The translations under genes were made by a program, and so were the position numbers. From an archaeon (lineage in GTDB: Archaea; EX4484-52; WAPT01), in contig JAPDKB010000002.1 in the NCBI GenBank assembly GCA_029258795.1, positions 50,822-114,821 of the forward strand: a stretch of 64,000 nucleotides of DNA, in the 5' to 3' direction. A model generated the notes under the pieces. The model worked only from the letters and a program-made list of their open reading frames with translations, was not told the DNA's origin and searched no databases. This document shows, one piece after another, positions 9,757 to 19,750 of this stretch; within the stretch, counting starts at the first letter, position 1; each line of letters opens with the position of its first letter.

Positions 9757-10685
9757 TCATGTATTATCACCTCCTACTAACATGGAACCGTCGCTACATC
9801 CTTCAGCCTGGCATGGAACTTTTACATTTTTTAAACCCCAGTCGTGGATCACTACTAAATTTAGACTCTTATTTAGATTAATCACAGCACAACTATGGTT
9901 GACAATATAGTTCAGAGTTGGATAACCTACGAAATAAGTTTCGTTTGATGATAAAAAGCTCTTGTTAACAATTATTCTCCCGTAATATTTATCTTCGCCA
10001 ACCTGGTGTAAAGGTGCTGTAACTATTTCTTTAATCGACTCGAACGTTCTTGTACTTTTATTATATCCGATCAATTGATATAAAGTCACTACTTTAGGTG
10101 GCTCTCCACTTAACTCATATTTTGGATCTGATGGTTCATCTGTTAGAACTAAAACATCTATTCTGATCTTGTCCTTAATGCTTGGAGCAATTACTACACT
10201 GGTTTCATTTTTAATCAGTGCAATCGGGTTTAGTTCAAGTCCCGCACTATACACCCCCACTCATCCCACCCTTCAACCAGTAACATCGCCTTATTTTTAT
10301 TCCAAGGATTCCTCAAAATTTCCAAAACACCCTTACCCTCTCCCGGAAATGTATCATTAACTTCCAAAACATCAACCATAGAATAAACTTCTATCAGCAT
10401 GAGATTGGAATTCGGCGTGCCAACAACAACTAAATTGTGGTTTCTTTTATCTTTCTCCGTGATTTCAGAATATTTTTTTATTAAGGGTTTATCCCCTGTT
10501 TCATTTTCCAAATAAGAGGTAATCTCGTTTGCGGCTTGCAATTCAATCTCAGAAGCATTATCACCAACGATAATTAAGGTATTATTCCCGAAATTTTGCC
10601 AGAGGAAAATGCCTATTATCAAAAGGATTAAAATTACGGTTCCTGCAATAATTAAGATCTTTCTGTTCATCATAATGTTTATCAT
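9757..10685 (-). pseudogene. Frameshifted paralog of the S-layer-domain protein
   Basis: ORFs 10230..10685 and 9757..10260 overlap by 31 nt in different frames; together they align with the 8821..9636 protein (LLVEGWDE then SAGLELNPIALI versus LIVDGYDSSGLESAVSTLL); shift lies in a poly-C run near 10254-10258. Confidence 0.55.
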
Positions 10686-10843
10686 TAAGTCTCATTATGC
10701 TTTTTTAATTATAAAATTTACGGCTCCAAGCGGCTTCGAGACAAAATTCATAGCTTGAGTTTTCGAGCTATGAAGATCAGAACTCCATACCACAAAAATT
10801 AGTTAGCTAAAACATTTCCGTATAAAAAACCATATTATACAGC

Positions 10844-11848
10844 ATGGGGGATAAAAAGAAAAGAAAAATAACAACCGAGGAAATAAGAGACATTACAAAC
10901 AAACTTGATAAAATAATCAAATATTACAAAGAGAAATACGGGGAAGATAAGAGCAGGAGAGACTGGCGTACATATGAGCAGAGAAGAACATTAAGGATGA
11001 AGCAGGCAGGGAGAGAGCTAAAAAATCTTATAGAAAGGGCTGCAGAGAATATAGAAATAGCTAAGGATAACAACAGGGGAAGAAAGCCGAAGCTTACAGC
11101 CAAGGACAAAGCCCTGATCATTCTTATAAAGGAAATATTCGATCTGAGCAACAGAGAACTTGCTGATATGATATTCATCTTTTCCTTAATGGCAGGAGTT
11201 GATGTAAGTTATAAAACCATTGAGAGAGCTTACGATGATGAGCTTGTTAAGTTAAGCCTGCACAACTTATTCGTTCTCATGGTTAAGGAAAAGATTATAG
11301 ATGATGTTGAGCTTGCTGGAGATGGAACTGGATACAGCTTGAGCATTAAGAAGCAATATGCTGATATTGAGGATGAGGGAAAGCAAAGAAAGGATTTCGT
11401 TTATTACTTTGCTCTGCTCGATTTAAGAACAAATCTTTATGTTGGATATGGCTACAGTAAAAGGTCGGAGAGGGATGCTTTTGATAAGGCCATGAAAATT
11501 ATGAGTAAGCTCGGCATTAATGTTAAGAGTGTGAGGCTTGATAGATATTATTCAAGCAACGCTGTGGTTAAAGAATATTTTGATGATAAGGATGTTAAGC
11601 TTTATTTAATTCCCAAGAAGAATGCTTCTGTTAAAGGCTGTAAGAAATGGAAGGAAGTTATGCATGGCTTTGCTGATGATGTTTACGGGTTTTTGCGTGA
11701 GTATTTTAAAAGGAATAAAGTTGAAAGCATGTTTTCCTTTGATAAGCGTAAGTTTTCTTCTCGATTAAGGGTCAGGAAGGATGAGAGAATTGCTACGAGC
11801 TTGCTTGCAAGGACTGTCTTGCATAATTTGTTTTGGTTTTATGGTTAG
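10844..11848 (+). CDS. Putative DDE-type transposase (family uncertain)
   Basis: 334 aa; lysine-rich N-terminus with HTH-like region, LAGDGTGYSL and later acidic motifs; sits among IS elements; family assignment not verified. Confidence 0.45.
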   Translation: MGDKKKRKITTEEIRDITNKLDKIIKYYKEKYGEDKSRRDWRTYEQRRTLRMKQAGRELKNLIERAAENIEIAKDNNRGRKPKLTAKDKALIILIKEIFDLSNRELADMIFIFSLMAGVDVSYKTIERAYDDELVKLSLHNLFVLMVKEKIIDDVELAGDGTGYSLSIKKQYADIEDEGKQRKDFVYYFALLDLRTNLYVGYGYSKRSERDAFDKAMKIMSKLGINVKSVRLDRYYSSNAVVKEYFDDKDVKLYLIPKKNASVKGCKKWKEVMHGFADDVYGFLREYFKRNKVESMFSFDKRKFSSRLRVRKDERIATSLLARTVLHNLFWFYG

Positions 11849-11923
11849 CTATTGGGTTAATTTTGTCCCAAAGCCACCACAACCACAAACTTTATATACG
11901 ACGATCGCAATATTTCTATCTGG

Positions 11924-12952
11924 GTGATTTGGATGGCGGAGAATTCTCCTAATTACCGATATGATCCTCTCATAGGCGAGCTTTACTTGAATAAAATCTC
12001 GTGTGAGTTAACAACCAGAAAGTTTCACAATGACTTGAGGAGGGAGTTCGAGGCCATTCTGGGCGCGGTAGCTAAATCCATGTTCTACACGGTGGGTAAG
12101 GTAACGGGCATGATTGTTGCAAAGTACTTTGATGATATTGATGTGCTTTCGTGGATGGGTTGGGGTGTGCCTCTGGTTAAAAAAGATGGAAGCGTGGAAG
12201 TTAAAAATTCTTACATGACCATGTATCGGAGCGAGATAGGCAAGAAGTCATGCGATATCGTTGCAGGATTTCTGGCAGGGTGGTTCAGTAGGAAGGAAAA
12301 GGATAATGTCGATTTTATAGAATCGAGGTGCGCCTCAACCACTAAGTTCAAGACCTGCAGGTTTGAAAGGGTTGAAAAGAATGTGGCTGTCGAAGTACCT
12401 AAAATCAGGATGAAGAAGCCCAGAGAACACCTGAAAAATGTGAATATAAACCTGAAACCATCCAGTGGTGAGATAATTTATAGGGGAGATTCGTCTCTCA
12501 TCATTCCACGTGGCTTTACCGCGATCTTTCAGAGGGAATTTGAAAGGGTGATCGGGGCTGTTGCTTCCAGAAAAATGTACGAAGTTGTGAAGAAAATAAG
12601 TTATGAGGCAGTTGTGAAGGAGCAGGGGTTCAGGTTTATTGGACTTGCTATTCTTCCCAAATTCATCCGTGCAAAGCTGCTTCTTCATGAAGAGCTTGTG
12701 CAGCTACCCGAAAGAGGTTTTGGGAATGTCAGGGTTTTAAGACTGGATTTGAAGGAAGGGATTCTGCTGGAAATTGATAATTCTTACAACGCATTCACCT
12801 ACGGTAAGGTTGGCAAGCCCGTGTGTCACACGCTTGCAGGAGTTCTTGCGGGAGGTGCCAAGGCGGTGATTGGCGGAGATTGGGAATGCGTGGAGAATAA
12901 ATGCGTTGCTGCAGGAGATGGTGTCTGCGAGTTCGAGTTGAAGCCGGCGTGA
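11924..12952 (+). CDS. Tandem V4R domain protein
   Basis: 342 aa; two repeats ending in V4R-like Cys motifs (CDIVAGFLAGWFS...CASTTKFKTCRFE and CHTLAGVLAGG...WECVENKCVAAGDGVCEFEL). Confidence 0.55.
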   Translation: MIWMAENSPNYRYDPLIGELYLNKISCELTTRKFHNDLRREFEAILGAVAKSMFYTVGKVTGMIVAKYFDDIDVLSWMGWGVPLVKKDGSVEVKNSYMTMYRSEIGKKSCDIVAGFLAGWFSRKEKDNVDFIESRCASTTKFKTCRFERVEKNVAVEVPKIRMKKPREHLKNVNINLKPSSGEIIYRGDSSLIIPRGFTAIFQREFERVIGAVASRKMYEVVKKISYEAVVKEQGFRFIGLAILPKFIRAKLLLHEELVQLPERGFGNVRVLRLDLKEGILLEIDNSYNAFTYGKVGKPVCHTLAGVLAGGAKAVIGGDWECVENKCVAAGDGVCEFELKPA

Positions 12953-13011
12953 AAGTACTGCAAAATTTAAAAGTTAACGCTGTAAAATATTTTTCGTTCT
13001 CCTGCCCGGGT

Positions 13012-13181
13012 GCGGGGGTTGCCGAGCCTGGCCAAAGGCGCTGCCTTGAGGGGGCAGCCGCCGCGGTGTATGAGAGGTGGCGCCGCAGTGGCCCATTCCC
13101 TTAGTGGGTTCGAGGGTTCAAAAGCTTGGTCAAGCCGTCCTCCCTCGGCAGCTTAAATGGCTGGAAGTCCCTCCCCCCGCA
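13012..13181 (+). tRNA. tRNA-Leu (anticodon GAG, tentative) with two non-canonical introns (variable region and T-loop)
   Basis: GCGGGGG acceptor pairs with CCCCCGC+A+CCA; D-arm GCCGAGCCTGGCCAAAGGCG; anticodon arm CTGCC-TTGAGGG-GGCAG; T-stem GAGGG...CCCTC split by ~45 nt; ~40 extra nt before the variable arm (TCCCTTAGTGGGTTC). Confidence 0.6.
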
Positions 13182-13213
13182 CCACCATCATGCTTCATGT
13201 TCCTTACGTTCAT

Positions 13214-13351
13214 GCGGGGGTTGCCGAGCCTGGCCAAAGGCGCGGGGCTTAGGACTCCGTGGCTCAGTGCCTGCGTGGGTTCGAAGGCCGCTGTTCGGTG
13301 GCTGGGTTTTCAAGTCCGATCTTAACGCGGCCGGAACTCCCACCCCCCGCA
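13214..13351 (+). tRNA. tRNA-Leu (anticodon TAG) with T-loop intron
   Basis: Same 30-nt 5' end as the upstream Leu gene; anticodon arm CGGGG-CTTAGGA-CTCCG; long variable arm; T-stem GTGGG...CCCAC interrupted by ~50 nt after TTCGAA; CCA encoded. Confidence 0.65.
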
Positions 13352-13423
13352 CCAGCCCGAACCAGATTTCTGCCAAGAATTCACCATTAATTATATAAAC
13401 GATGAAATCCCCAACCTTTACTC

Positions 13424-15463
13424 ATGAAGAAAGTACCGATCATGAGCGCTCTTTTAATCTCCGTATTTGTTTTTATCCTATTTCTCCCAGCATCCCATGC
13501 GGTTCAGATAATCATAATCAACGAAACTGAGGAATTCGCGCCAGCAAACCTCGAAAAAATGGTTATCAGTGGCGATCTATTTGAGGGCATGCTGTATTTT
13601 AGCGCAGAAGGTTATGCGGCTGAAACCGGAGGGAAGGCAAAGGTTTACATAGCAGGAAAGCCCTCCGACATTCTTGTTGAAAGCGTGACAATCAACGGAA
13701 ATGAAGGAAAGGTGTTTTTTGACGAGCGGGGGTATTTTGTGGTTGTTGATACGCCCTCCTTCCATCTTGAAGGCAGGATAAAAGTGAGGAGCGGCGATAA
13801 CATTCTGTTTTTCCCCGGACCAATAAACAAGCTGGAGTTCCGGCTTAAACATGGCTATGCGATAAACGGTCCGGAGTTTTACGGTGTGGTGAACAAGACA
13901 ATCACCCTCAAGAAAACTTTCGTGGAAAGGTACATCTCTGTTACTGGCTCTGGCAAGATAACTGTCGAAAGCACAAATACTGTAAGGTTCAAGTACGTGT
14001 TCGAGGTTGCGGGATATGGAGGGGTTATAGGCACGCTATCAATACCTCTGAACAACGGCGAGCTTGTTAACATCATTGACGTGGATAACTGCGCTGGTTC
14101 CAGCTGGAACAAGAACGAGGAAGGCATAACCTTCCAGCTGCCGTGCGAGAAGGCAATAATCACGCTGGAAGGTGTGTTCTCCTGCGGGGAATGCAATTCT
14201 ATCCGCTTCACAAACCCGATAGACAGCTATATGAAAGTGATTGTGGAGGCAGTGCCGGAAAAGAAGCTCACAATCAGGACATATGCAACGGAGCTGGATG
14301 TGAGTGAAGCACCATTTCCCATGCAATATCCTAACGGCAGGGTCTTTCTGCTCAGCGGGCATCAAGCCATGACTATTGAGGTTGAGGAGCTTGAGAAACT
14401 TCCTGCTCTTGCCGCAACTATTGATAGGGCAAAATGTACGCAAGCCATAAATAAGGATGGTGCTGCACTGACGAGTTGCGAGTACCGCTACAAGAACAGC
14501 GGTATGGATTTCATAAAGTTTGAGCTGGAAGGCACGCCATTATATGCTGAAGCTAACGATAAGTCGCTCAGGCTTACGGTTGAAGATGATGACCTTTATC
14601 TCGCTTTTCCGAAGAGCAGGTATGGAGGAGATATGGAAATCATGTATTTCACGAGCATGTCAAGAATTCTACCTATTGATTTGATCAGCTTGCCCATCCC
14701 ATCCACAGAAGTTCCAACAACCGAAATGGCTGTCGATGTTTACCTGCCCAAGGACGTTTACGTTCTGGCAGCTTTTGGAGGGGACAGATTTACAAGCGAG
14801 CTTCCTGCTCTTGAGTTTGTTGTGGCGTTCACCATAGCAGTGCTTCTTGTTGGACTCGCGCTGTGGAACGATAAGAGGAAGCTTCTCATGTTTTATGTCG
14901 TTTCCGCAGCCATATACTTCATCTCCCAGCAGCTCTTCCTGATATGGCTTGCAATCTGCCTGCTTCCGTTTGTTAAGCGCAACCTGCCGACGGAGGAAAT
15001 AAAGAAGACGTGGAGGGTTATAAAGTTTCTTCTTGCTACGGGAATTGTCATAGCTGCTCTGTTTTTCGTTATTTCATGGCTGTTTTCCGGAACGGGTAGC
15101 TATATGGCAGCTAAGCAAGAAGCGGCAGTGTATAAAGCTACAGGTGAGCGATTCATTGGAAATATGCCGGTGGTGGAGGAGAAGAGTGTGCAGCTTGGCG
15201 AGGAGGGTAAGGGAACAATAACCATACAGCTGAAGGAGGGAATAAAGCCGGTGAAGATGGAGATACCGCAGCTGGGTAAGGTTGTCTCGCTGCACCGCGC
15301 TCTTGTGACAGCGGAAAGACCGGCAAGCTTTAAGCTGGTTGTGATTGACAGGCTTGTGATCTACATGTTGCTGCTGGTAGCTCTCTATTTCTTCCTCAAA
15401 CTGCTTCCCGATCTCAAGAAAGCGTACATCGATGCATTTCCCTCTCTCAGAAAAATAAGGTGA
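13424..15463 (+). CDS. Large secreted/membrane-anchored protein (hypothetical)
   Basis: 679 aa; N-terminal signal peptide MKKVPIMSALLISVFVFILFLPASHA; several C-terminal TM helices; no recognisable catalytic motifs. Confidence 0.5.
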   Translation: MKKVPIMSALLISVFVFILFLPASHAVQIIIINETEEFAPANLEKMVISGDLFEGMLYFSAEGYAAETGGKAKVYIAGKPSDILVESVTINGNEGKVFFDERGYFVVVDTPSFHLEGRIKVRSGDNILFFPGPINKLEFRLKHGYAINGPEFYGVVNKTITLKKTFVERYISVTGSGKITVESTNTVRFKYVFEVAGYGGVIGTLSIPLNNGELVNIIDVDNCAGSSWNKNEEGITFQLPCEKAIITLEGVFSCGECNSIRFTNPIDSYMKVIVEAVPEKKLTIRTYATELDVSEAPFPMQYPNGRVFLLSGHQAMTIEVEELEKLPALAATIDRAKCTQAINKDGAALTSCEYRYKNSGMDFIKFELEGTPLYAEANDKSLRLTVEDDDLYLAFPKSRYGGDMEIMYFTSMSRILPIDLISLPIPSTEVPTTEMAVDVYLPKDVYVLAAFGGDRFTSELPALEFVVAFTIAVLLVGLALWNDKRKLLMFYVVSAAIYFISQQLFLIWLAICLLPFVKRNLPTEEIKKTWRVIKFLLATGIVIAALFFVISWLFSGTGSYMAAKQEAAVYKATGERFIGNMPVVEEKSVQLGEEGKGTITIQLKEGIKPVKMEIPQLGKVVSLHRALVTAERPASFKLVVIDRLVIYMLLLVALYFFLKLLPDLKKAYIDAFPSLRKIR

Positions 15464-15466
15464 TCT

Positions 15467-16633
15467 TCACTGCTCTCTCTTGCTCCCGATCGTCACCAGC
15501 TCCGTGTTTTCAAGCGCTTTTTCCACAAGCCCTTCAACATCCATATTCTCCTCTATTCTCTTCACAACCTCCAGCTTTGCCCTTGTTTCGGGATGCTTCG
15601 CTATCATGAACGAGCAGCAATCGGGATATGGTTGAATTGAAATTTCGTACGTGCCGATCCTTTTTGCAAGATCTATGGTTTCCTCCTTGTCAAAGCCAGC
15701 TAGCGGTGTGAGCACGGGCATGCCTGTAGCTTCATAAATCGCTGCAAGATTGTCCAGAGTTTGCGATGCTACCTGCGCCACATTGTCTCCGGTGACAAGC
15801 GCGTTTGCTCCCTCCTTTCTCGCTATTTTTTCACCTATCCTCATCATGAACCGCCTGTAGATTATCATTCTGTAGGAGGCGGGCACAACCTTTATTATCT
15901 CGCGCTGCACATCTCCAAAATTCACCATGTAGAGCTTGCTCTCGCCCTGAAATTCTGCAAGCACCCTCACAATGCTCTCGATCTTCTTCCTCACCTCCCT
16001 GCTGTGCAGCGTTTCATTGAAGAAATGGACAAAAACAATTTTGCATCCGCGTTTCATGAGAAGGAATGATGCAACAGGGCTGTCTATACCGCCTGAAAGC
16101 AGGGACACCACCCTGCCGGAAACGCTGACCGGCAGACCGCCAACACCCTCAATTCTTTCCGTGTAGATGTACGCTTCCTTCTCACATATCTCGATGTGCA
16201 CCACAACATCCGGCTCTTTCATCTTCACCTTCTTGCCCAGCTTCTCCACCACCACACTCCCAACCATTCTGTTGATCTCCATCGAGTTGTATGGAAAGGA
16301 TTTGTTTGAGCGTGATGCCGCTATCTTGAACGTGCTGAACTTCATGTCCTGGAGAATGGCTACTGCAGCTTTCTTGATCGCCTCGATATCCAGCTTGCAA
16401 ACCCTTGCCAGCGCGAAATATCTTATGCCCGGAGTTTTGCTGAGCTTCTCCGCAATTTCATCAGCCTTGCTTTCATCTCTAATCTCCACTATTATCCTTC
16501 CAAACCTTCTCCTTGCCAGCGCGCCGGCCCCCTTCACCTTCCTGTTGATGTTCTCCACCAGCTTTTTCTCAAAGAATTCCCTGTTCTCTCCTTTCAACCC
16601 TATTTCGGAATAATGCACAACAAAAACCTTCAT
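15467..16633 (-). CDS. thiI: tRNA 4-thiouridine sulfurtransferase ThiI
   Basis: 388 aa; N-terminal THUMP-like region; PP-loop SGGIDSPVASFLL; overall ThiI architecture. Confidence 0.8.
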   Translation of the reverse strand: MKVFVVHYSEIGLKGENREFFEKKLVENINRKVKGAGALARRRFGRIIVEIRDESKADEIAEKLSKTPGIRYFALARVCKLDIEAIKKAAVAILQDMKFSTFKIAASRSNKSFPYNSMEINRMVGSVVVEKLGKKVKMKEPDVVVHIEICEKEAYIYTERIEGVGGLPVSVSGRVVSLLSGGIDSPVASFLLMKRGCKIVFVHFFNETLHSREVRKKIESIVRVLAEFQGESKLYMVNFGDVQREIIKVVPASYRMIIYRRFMMRIGEKIARKEGANALVTGDNVAQVASQTLDNLAAIYEATGMPVLTPLAGFDKEETIDLAKRIGTYEISIQPYPDCCSFMIAKHPETRAKLEVVKRIEENMDVEGLVEKALENTELVTIGSKREQ

Positions 16634-16679
16634 GGAGAAAAAGTATTGTGAGGAAAGGTTAAAAAGGATGAACCCGGGT

Positions 16680-17261
16680 TTACTTGCCCCTGCCCTGATT
16701 TGCTCTTATGCTCGGCCTTACCTTCTCAGCACCTTTACCCTTGTTTCTCAATCCTCTGGCTTTCTTGCCCGCTGAGGTCAGCCCTCTAAACACCCTGCCT
16801 TTGTGCGCCTTTCCCGCTATCCATCCGAGCTGTTCATCGTTCTTTATGGCCGGATGGTGTGGGTCGAGCATTATCACCTCATACCACACGTACTGTCCGT
16901 CCTCCCCCACATAATAGCTGTTCAGAACTTCGAGGTTTGGATAGTGCCTTGCTGCCCTCTCCTCAGCTATCCACTGCAAGCTTTTCTTCGGACTGAACAG
17001 AACGAAACCGTATCTCTTTGGTCTCCTACCCTGCCTGTGTCTCGGCCTCTCTCTTCCACCCCTCTTAACACGTACCCTGACAACAACCACACCCTGCTTT
17101 GCTTTATAGCCGAGCGATCTTGCCCTGTCTATTCTTGTGGGTCTCTCAACTCTAACCACGGCAGGTTCTCTCCTCCACTTTATCAATCTCTCCTGCCATA
17201 GCTTGCCCAAGCTTTCCTTCGGTCTCTTCCACAGGGTTCTGACGTACTGGTACATGCCCAT
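16680..17261 (-). CDS. rpl15e: Ribosomal protein L15e
   Basis: 193 aa starting [16 protein letters not shown]; basic, with the L15e-type [12 protein letters not shown]... segment. Confidence 0.85.
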   Translation of the reverse strand: MGMYQYVRTLWKRPKESLGKLWQERLIKWRREPAVVRVERPTRIDRARSLGYKAKQGVVVVRVRVKRGGRERPRHRQGRRPKRYGFVLFSPKKSLQWIAEERAARHYPNLEVLNSYYVGEDGQYVWYEVIMLDPHHPAIKNDEQLGWIAGKAHKGRVFRGLTSAGKKARGLRNKGKGAEKVRPSIRANQGRGK

Positions 17262-17362
17262 AGAACATCACTCCATAAACAACTGACAAACTTTCTTCAT
17301 CCTCCGCAACATTTATATATTTAACTGCGCCGACTTCGTGAAGCAGTATGCCCTATACTCAA

Positions 17363-17710
17363 TCACTTTTTCTTGGAAGAGGTGCTTTTCTTCTTGGTTG
17401 TGCTTTTTGCTTTGGTTGCTGTTTTCTTTGTTTTCTTCTCCCCAACCTCGGCTTCAACCTCCTCCAGCTCGGCTTCTTCTTCCTCCAGCAGCTTGTTCAT
17501 CTTGTAATCATCCCACGCTATCCACGCTACAAGCATGCCCATGAAGAACAGGAATGCTCCGAAGACGCCCTCAAACACTATCTTGAGGCTTTTCCAGAGT
17601 GCCGCTCCAAAGTACGGGATGTTACCGATATACCAATAGATGCCAGCAGCCATCAGCAGGATACCTATGACCATCTTAACTCCATTGTTCATCCGACCAC
17701 CTCTAAGCAT
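17363..17710 (-). CDS. Small membrane protein with acidic linker and lysine-rich tail (hypothetical)
   Basis: 115 aa; two hydrophobic helices, then EEEEAELEEVEAEV, then KKTKKTATKAKSTTKKKSTSSKKK; lies in the gap between L15e and the helicase. Confidence 0.4.
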   Translation of the reverse strand: MLRGGRMNNGVKMVIGILLMAAGIYWYIGNIPYFGAALWKSLKIVFEGVFGAFLFFMGMLVAWIAWDDYKMNKLLEEEEAELEEVEAEVGEKKTKKTATKAKSTTKKKSTSSKKK

Positions 17711-17839
17711 TTTTCCAGCTTTTCTGAAATTAGCGAGGGAAATTTTAAAAATCTACCAACCGCGCTCAAAAGGTCAGAGAAACGGGGAGAGTGTAAGCTG
17801 GGTTTTCCTTTCGGCATCCATGTTCTGCTAACCTTAAAA

Positions 17840-19750
17840 ATGTTCCCTCTGCAGTTTTTCAACATGCGCTTCTTCCCGTTCTCAACGATCAGGCCCGGAC
17901 AAAAGGATATGGTGGAAGCTGTAAGGGATGCGTGCGAGCAGGGGAAAGTTCTGCTGGTGCACGCTCCAACCGGAATAGGAAAGACCGCAGCTTCGCTTGC
18001 TCCTTCCTTGGAATATGCGGTGGAGCATGACAAGAGAGTTGTGTTTTTAACTCCGAGGCACACGCAGCACAAGATAGCTATTGATACAGTCAGAAGGATA
18101 AATGCTCGTGCCAACGTGAATCTGAAAGTTGTGGATGTGATCGGTAAGAAGTGGCTTTGCAGGATGGAGGGAATAGAAAAGCTGAGCTCCGCTGAGTTCA
18201 ACGAGTACTGCAGAGCTCTGAAGAGAAACGAGGCCTGCCCTTTTTACAACAACACGTGGAACAGGAGAAGTGGAGGGCTTACCAAGAAAGCTGAGGCCAT
18301 GATAAAAAGCGTGAGGAGAGATGTACTCTATGCGGAAGAGGTCTATGAACTTTGCGATGACCTGTGCCCCTATGAGATCCTCATGCAGGCAGCCAGAAAT
18401 GCCAACCTGCTGATAGGAGACTATTATCATATCTTCCATGAAAGAATAAGGAAGAGCTTCCTCGGCAGGAGCAACACGAAGCTGGAGGATGTTGTTCTTG
18501 TGGTGGATGAAGCGCACAACTTGCCAGCAAGGATAAGGGAACTCATGTCATCATCAACAAGCCTGCTTGCAATGAAAAGAGCTGAGAGAGAAGCGGAGGT
18601 TTTTGGCTACGACGATCTGGCCGAGATCATAGCCACAATCAGAACGCATGTGAAAAAGAAGCTGAAGGAAAAGCTGGAGAAATCCGGAACACCTCAGCTT
18701 TACGTTGGAAGAAGTTTGCTGCTCGATGCAGCTGAAAATAGTGGTGCTGATCTGGAAGAGCTGCTGGACTACATGGAGGAGGTGGCTGACGAGGTCAGGG
18801 AGGAGAAAAAGCGCTCATATGTTGGCGGGTTTGCATCATTTTTGAGGAGGTGGAAGGATGAAGCTCCAATCTACTGCAGAATAGCGGAGAAGAAGCTGAC
18901 CAGAAAGGGCAGAACCAACTATGTTCTCACGCTTCACTGCCTTGACCCCGCTCCCATTGCCTCGGAGGTGTTTAAGGAAGCGCATGCCACAATTCTCATG
19001 TCCGGCACCTTGCTCCCGCTTGAAATGTATGCAGATGTGCTCGGCGCAACGGAACTTGATGCAGTCAGATTGAAACTGAGGTCGCACTTTCCGCGCAGCA
19101 ACAAGCTTGAGATCGTGGTGGATGATGTTACAACCCAGTACAACAGAAGGGAGGAAAGGAACTTCGAGAAAATAGCGAAATACATCATTTCAGTAGTTAA
19201 TGCCACTCCTGACAACGTTTGCGTTTTCTTCCCGAGCTATGAGCTCCGCGACACCATCGCAAGAATGGTTGAGCTCTCGCTTGAAAAGAAGGTGCTTCTG
19301 GAGAAGCAGGGGATGAGCAAGAGCAGGAAAGCGCAGCTATTCCATGAGTTTGTAAGCGCAGCTGAGCAGGGAGGAGCATGCCTGCTTGGTGTGATGGGTG
19401 GCAGCTTCGATCAGGGTGTTGACTTTCCGAACAACGTGGTGAAGTGTGTTATCGTGGTGGGGCTGCCACTCGAAAAACCGGATTTGCTGACCGAAGCGAT
19501 GATAAACTACTATGATGCTAAATTTGGCAAGGGATGGGATTATGCCTACACCTATCCCGCAGTCATAAAAGCGCAGCAAGCAGCTGGAAGAGCCATAAGG
19601 AGTGAGAAGGATAAAGCGGTTGTGGTTTATATGGACAAGCGTTATCTCTGGGCAAACTACAGAAAGTGCTTCCCTGCTGAAACAAGATTCATAGTGTCAA
19701 GAAATCCAGCAGAGCTCATAAAAAGGTTCTTCTCGGATAGCAAGAAGTGA
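17840..19750 (+). CDS. XPD/Rad3-like (DinG family) Fe-S helicase
   Basis: Walker A VHAPTGIGKTAAS, DEAH box VVDEAHNL, four-Cys cluster (CRMEG...EYC...CPFY...CDDLCP); start placed at first ATG after the upstream minus-strand gene (17840 or 17864). Confidence 0.8.
   Translation: MFPLQFFNMRFFPFSTIRPGQKDMVEAVRDACEQGKVLLVHAPTGIGKTAASLAPSLEYAVEHDKRVVFLTPRHTQHKIAIDTVRRINARANVNLKVVDVIGKKWLCRMEGIEKLSSAEFNEYCRALKRNEACPFYNNTWNRRSGGLTKKAEAMIKSVRRDVLYAEEVYELCDDLCPYEILMQAARNANLLIGDYYHIFHERIRKSFLGRSNTKLEDVVLVVDEAHNLPARIRELMSSSTSLLAMKRAEREAEVFGYDDLAEIIATIRTHVKKKLKEKLEKSGTPQLYVGRSLLLDAAENSGADLEELLDYMEEVADEVREEKKRSYVGGFASFLRRWKDEAPIYCRIAEKKLTRKGRTNYVLTLHCLDPAPIASEVFKEAHATILMSGTLLPLEMYADVLGATELDAVRLKLRSHFPRSNKLEIVVDDVTTQYNRREERNFEKIAKYIISVVNATPDNVCVFFPSYELRDTIARMVELSLEKKVLLEKQGMSKSRKAQLFHEFVSAAEQGGACLLGVMGGSFDQGVDFPNNVVKCVIVVGLPLEKPDLLTEAMINYYDAKFGKGWDYAYTYPAVIKAQQAAGRAIRSEKDKAVVVYMDKRYLWANYRKCFPAETRFIVSRNPAELIKRFFSDSKK

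Noticed and set aside
12901-13398. Several 60-90 aa ORFs on both strands across the tRNA-Leu pair
   Set aside because: They overlap GC-rich structured RNA genes; the translations are Arg/Pro/Gly-rich artefacts
15761-16613. Plus-strand ORFs antisense to thiI
   Set aside because: Overlap a confidently assigned gene; no motifs
17348-17839. N-terminal 164 codons of the long ORF 17348..19750
   Set aside because: Cys/Phe-rich low-complexity translation overlapping a plausible minus-strand gene; the helicase homology begins near MRFFPFSTIRPGQ, so the start was moved to 17840
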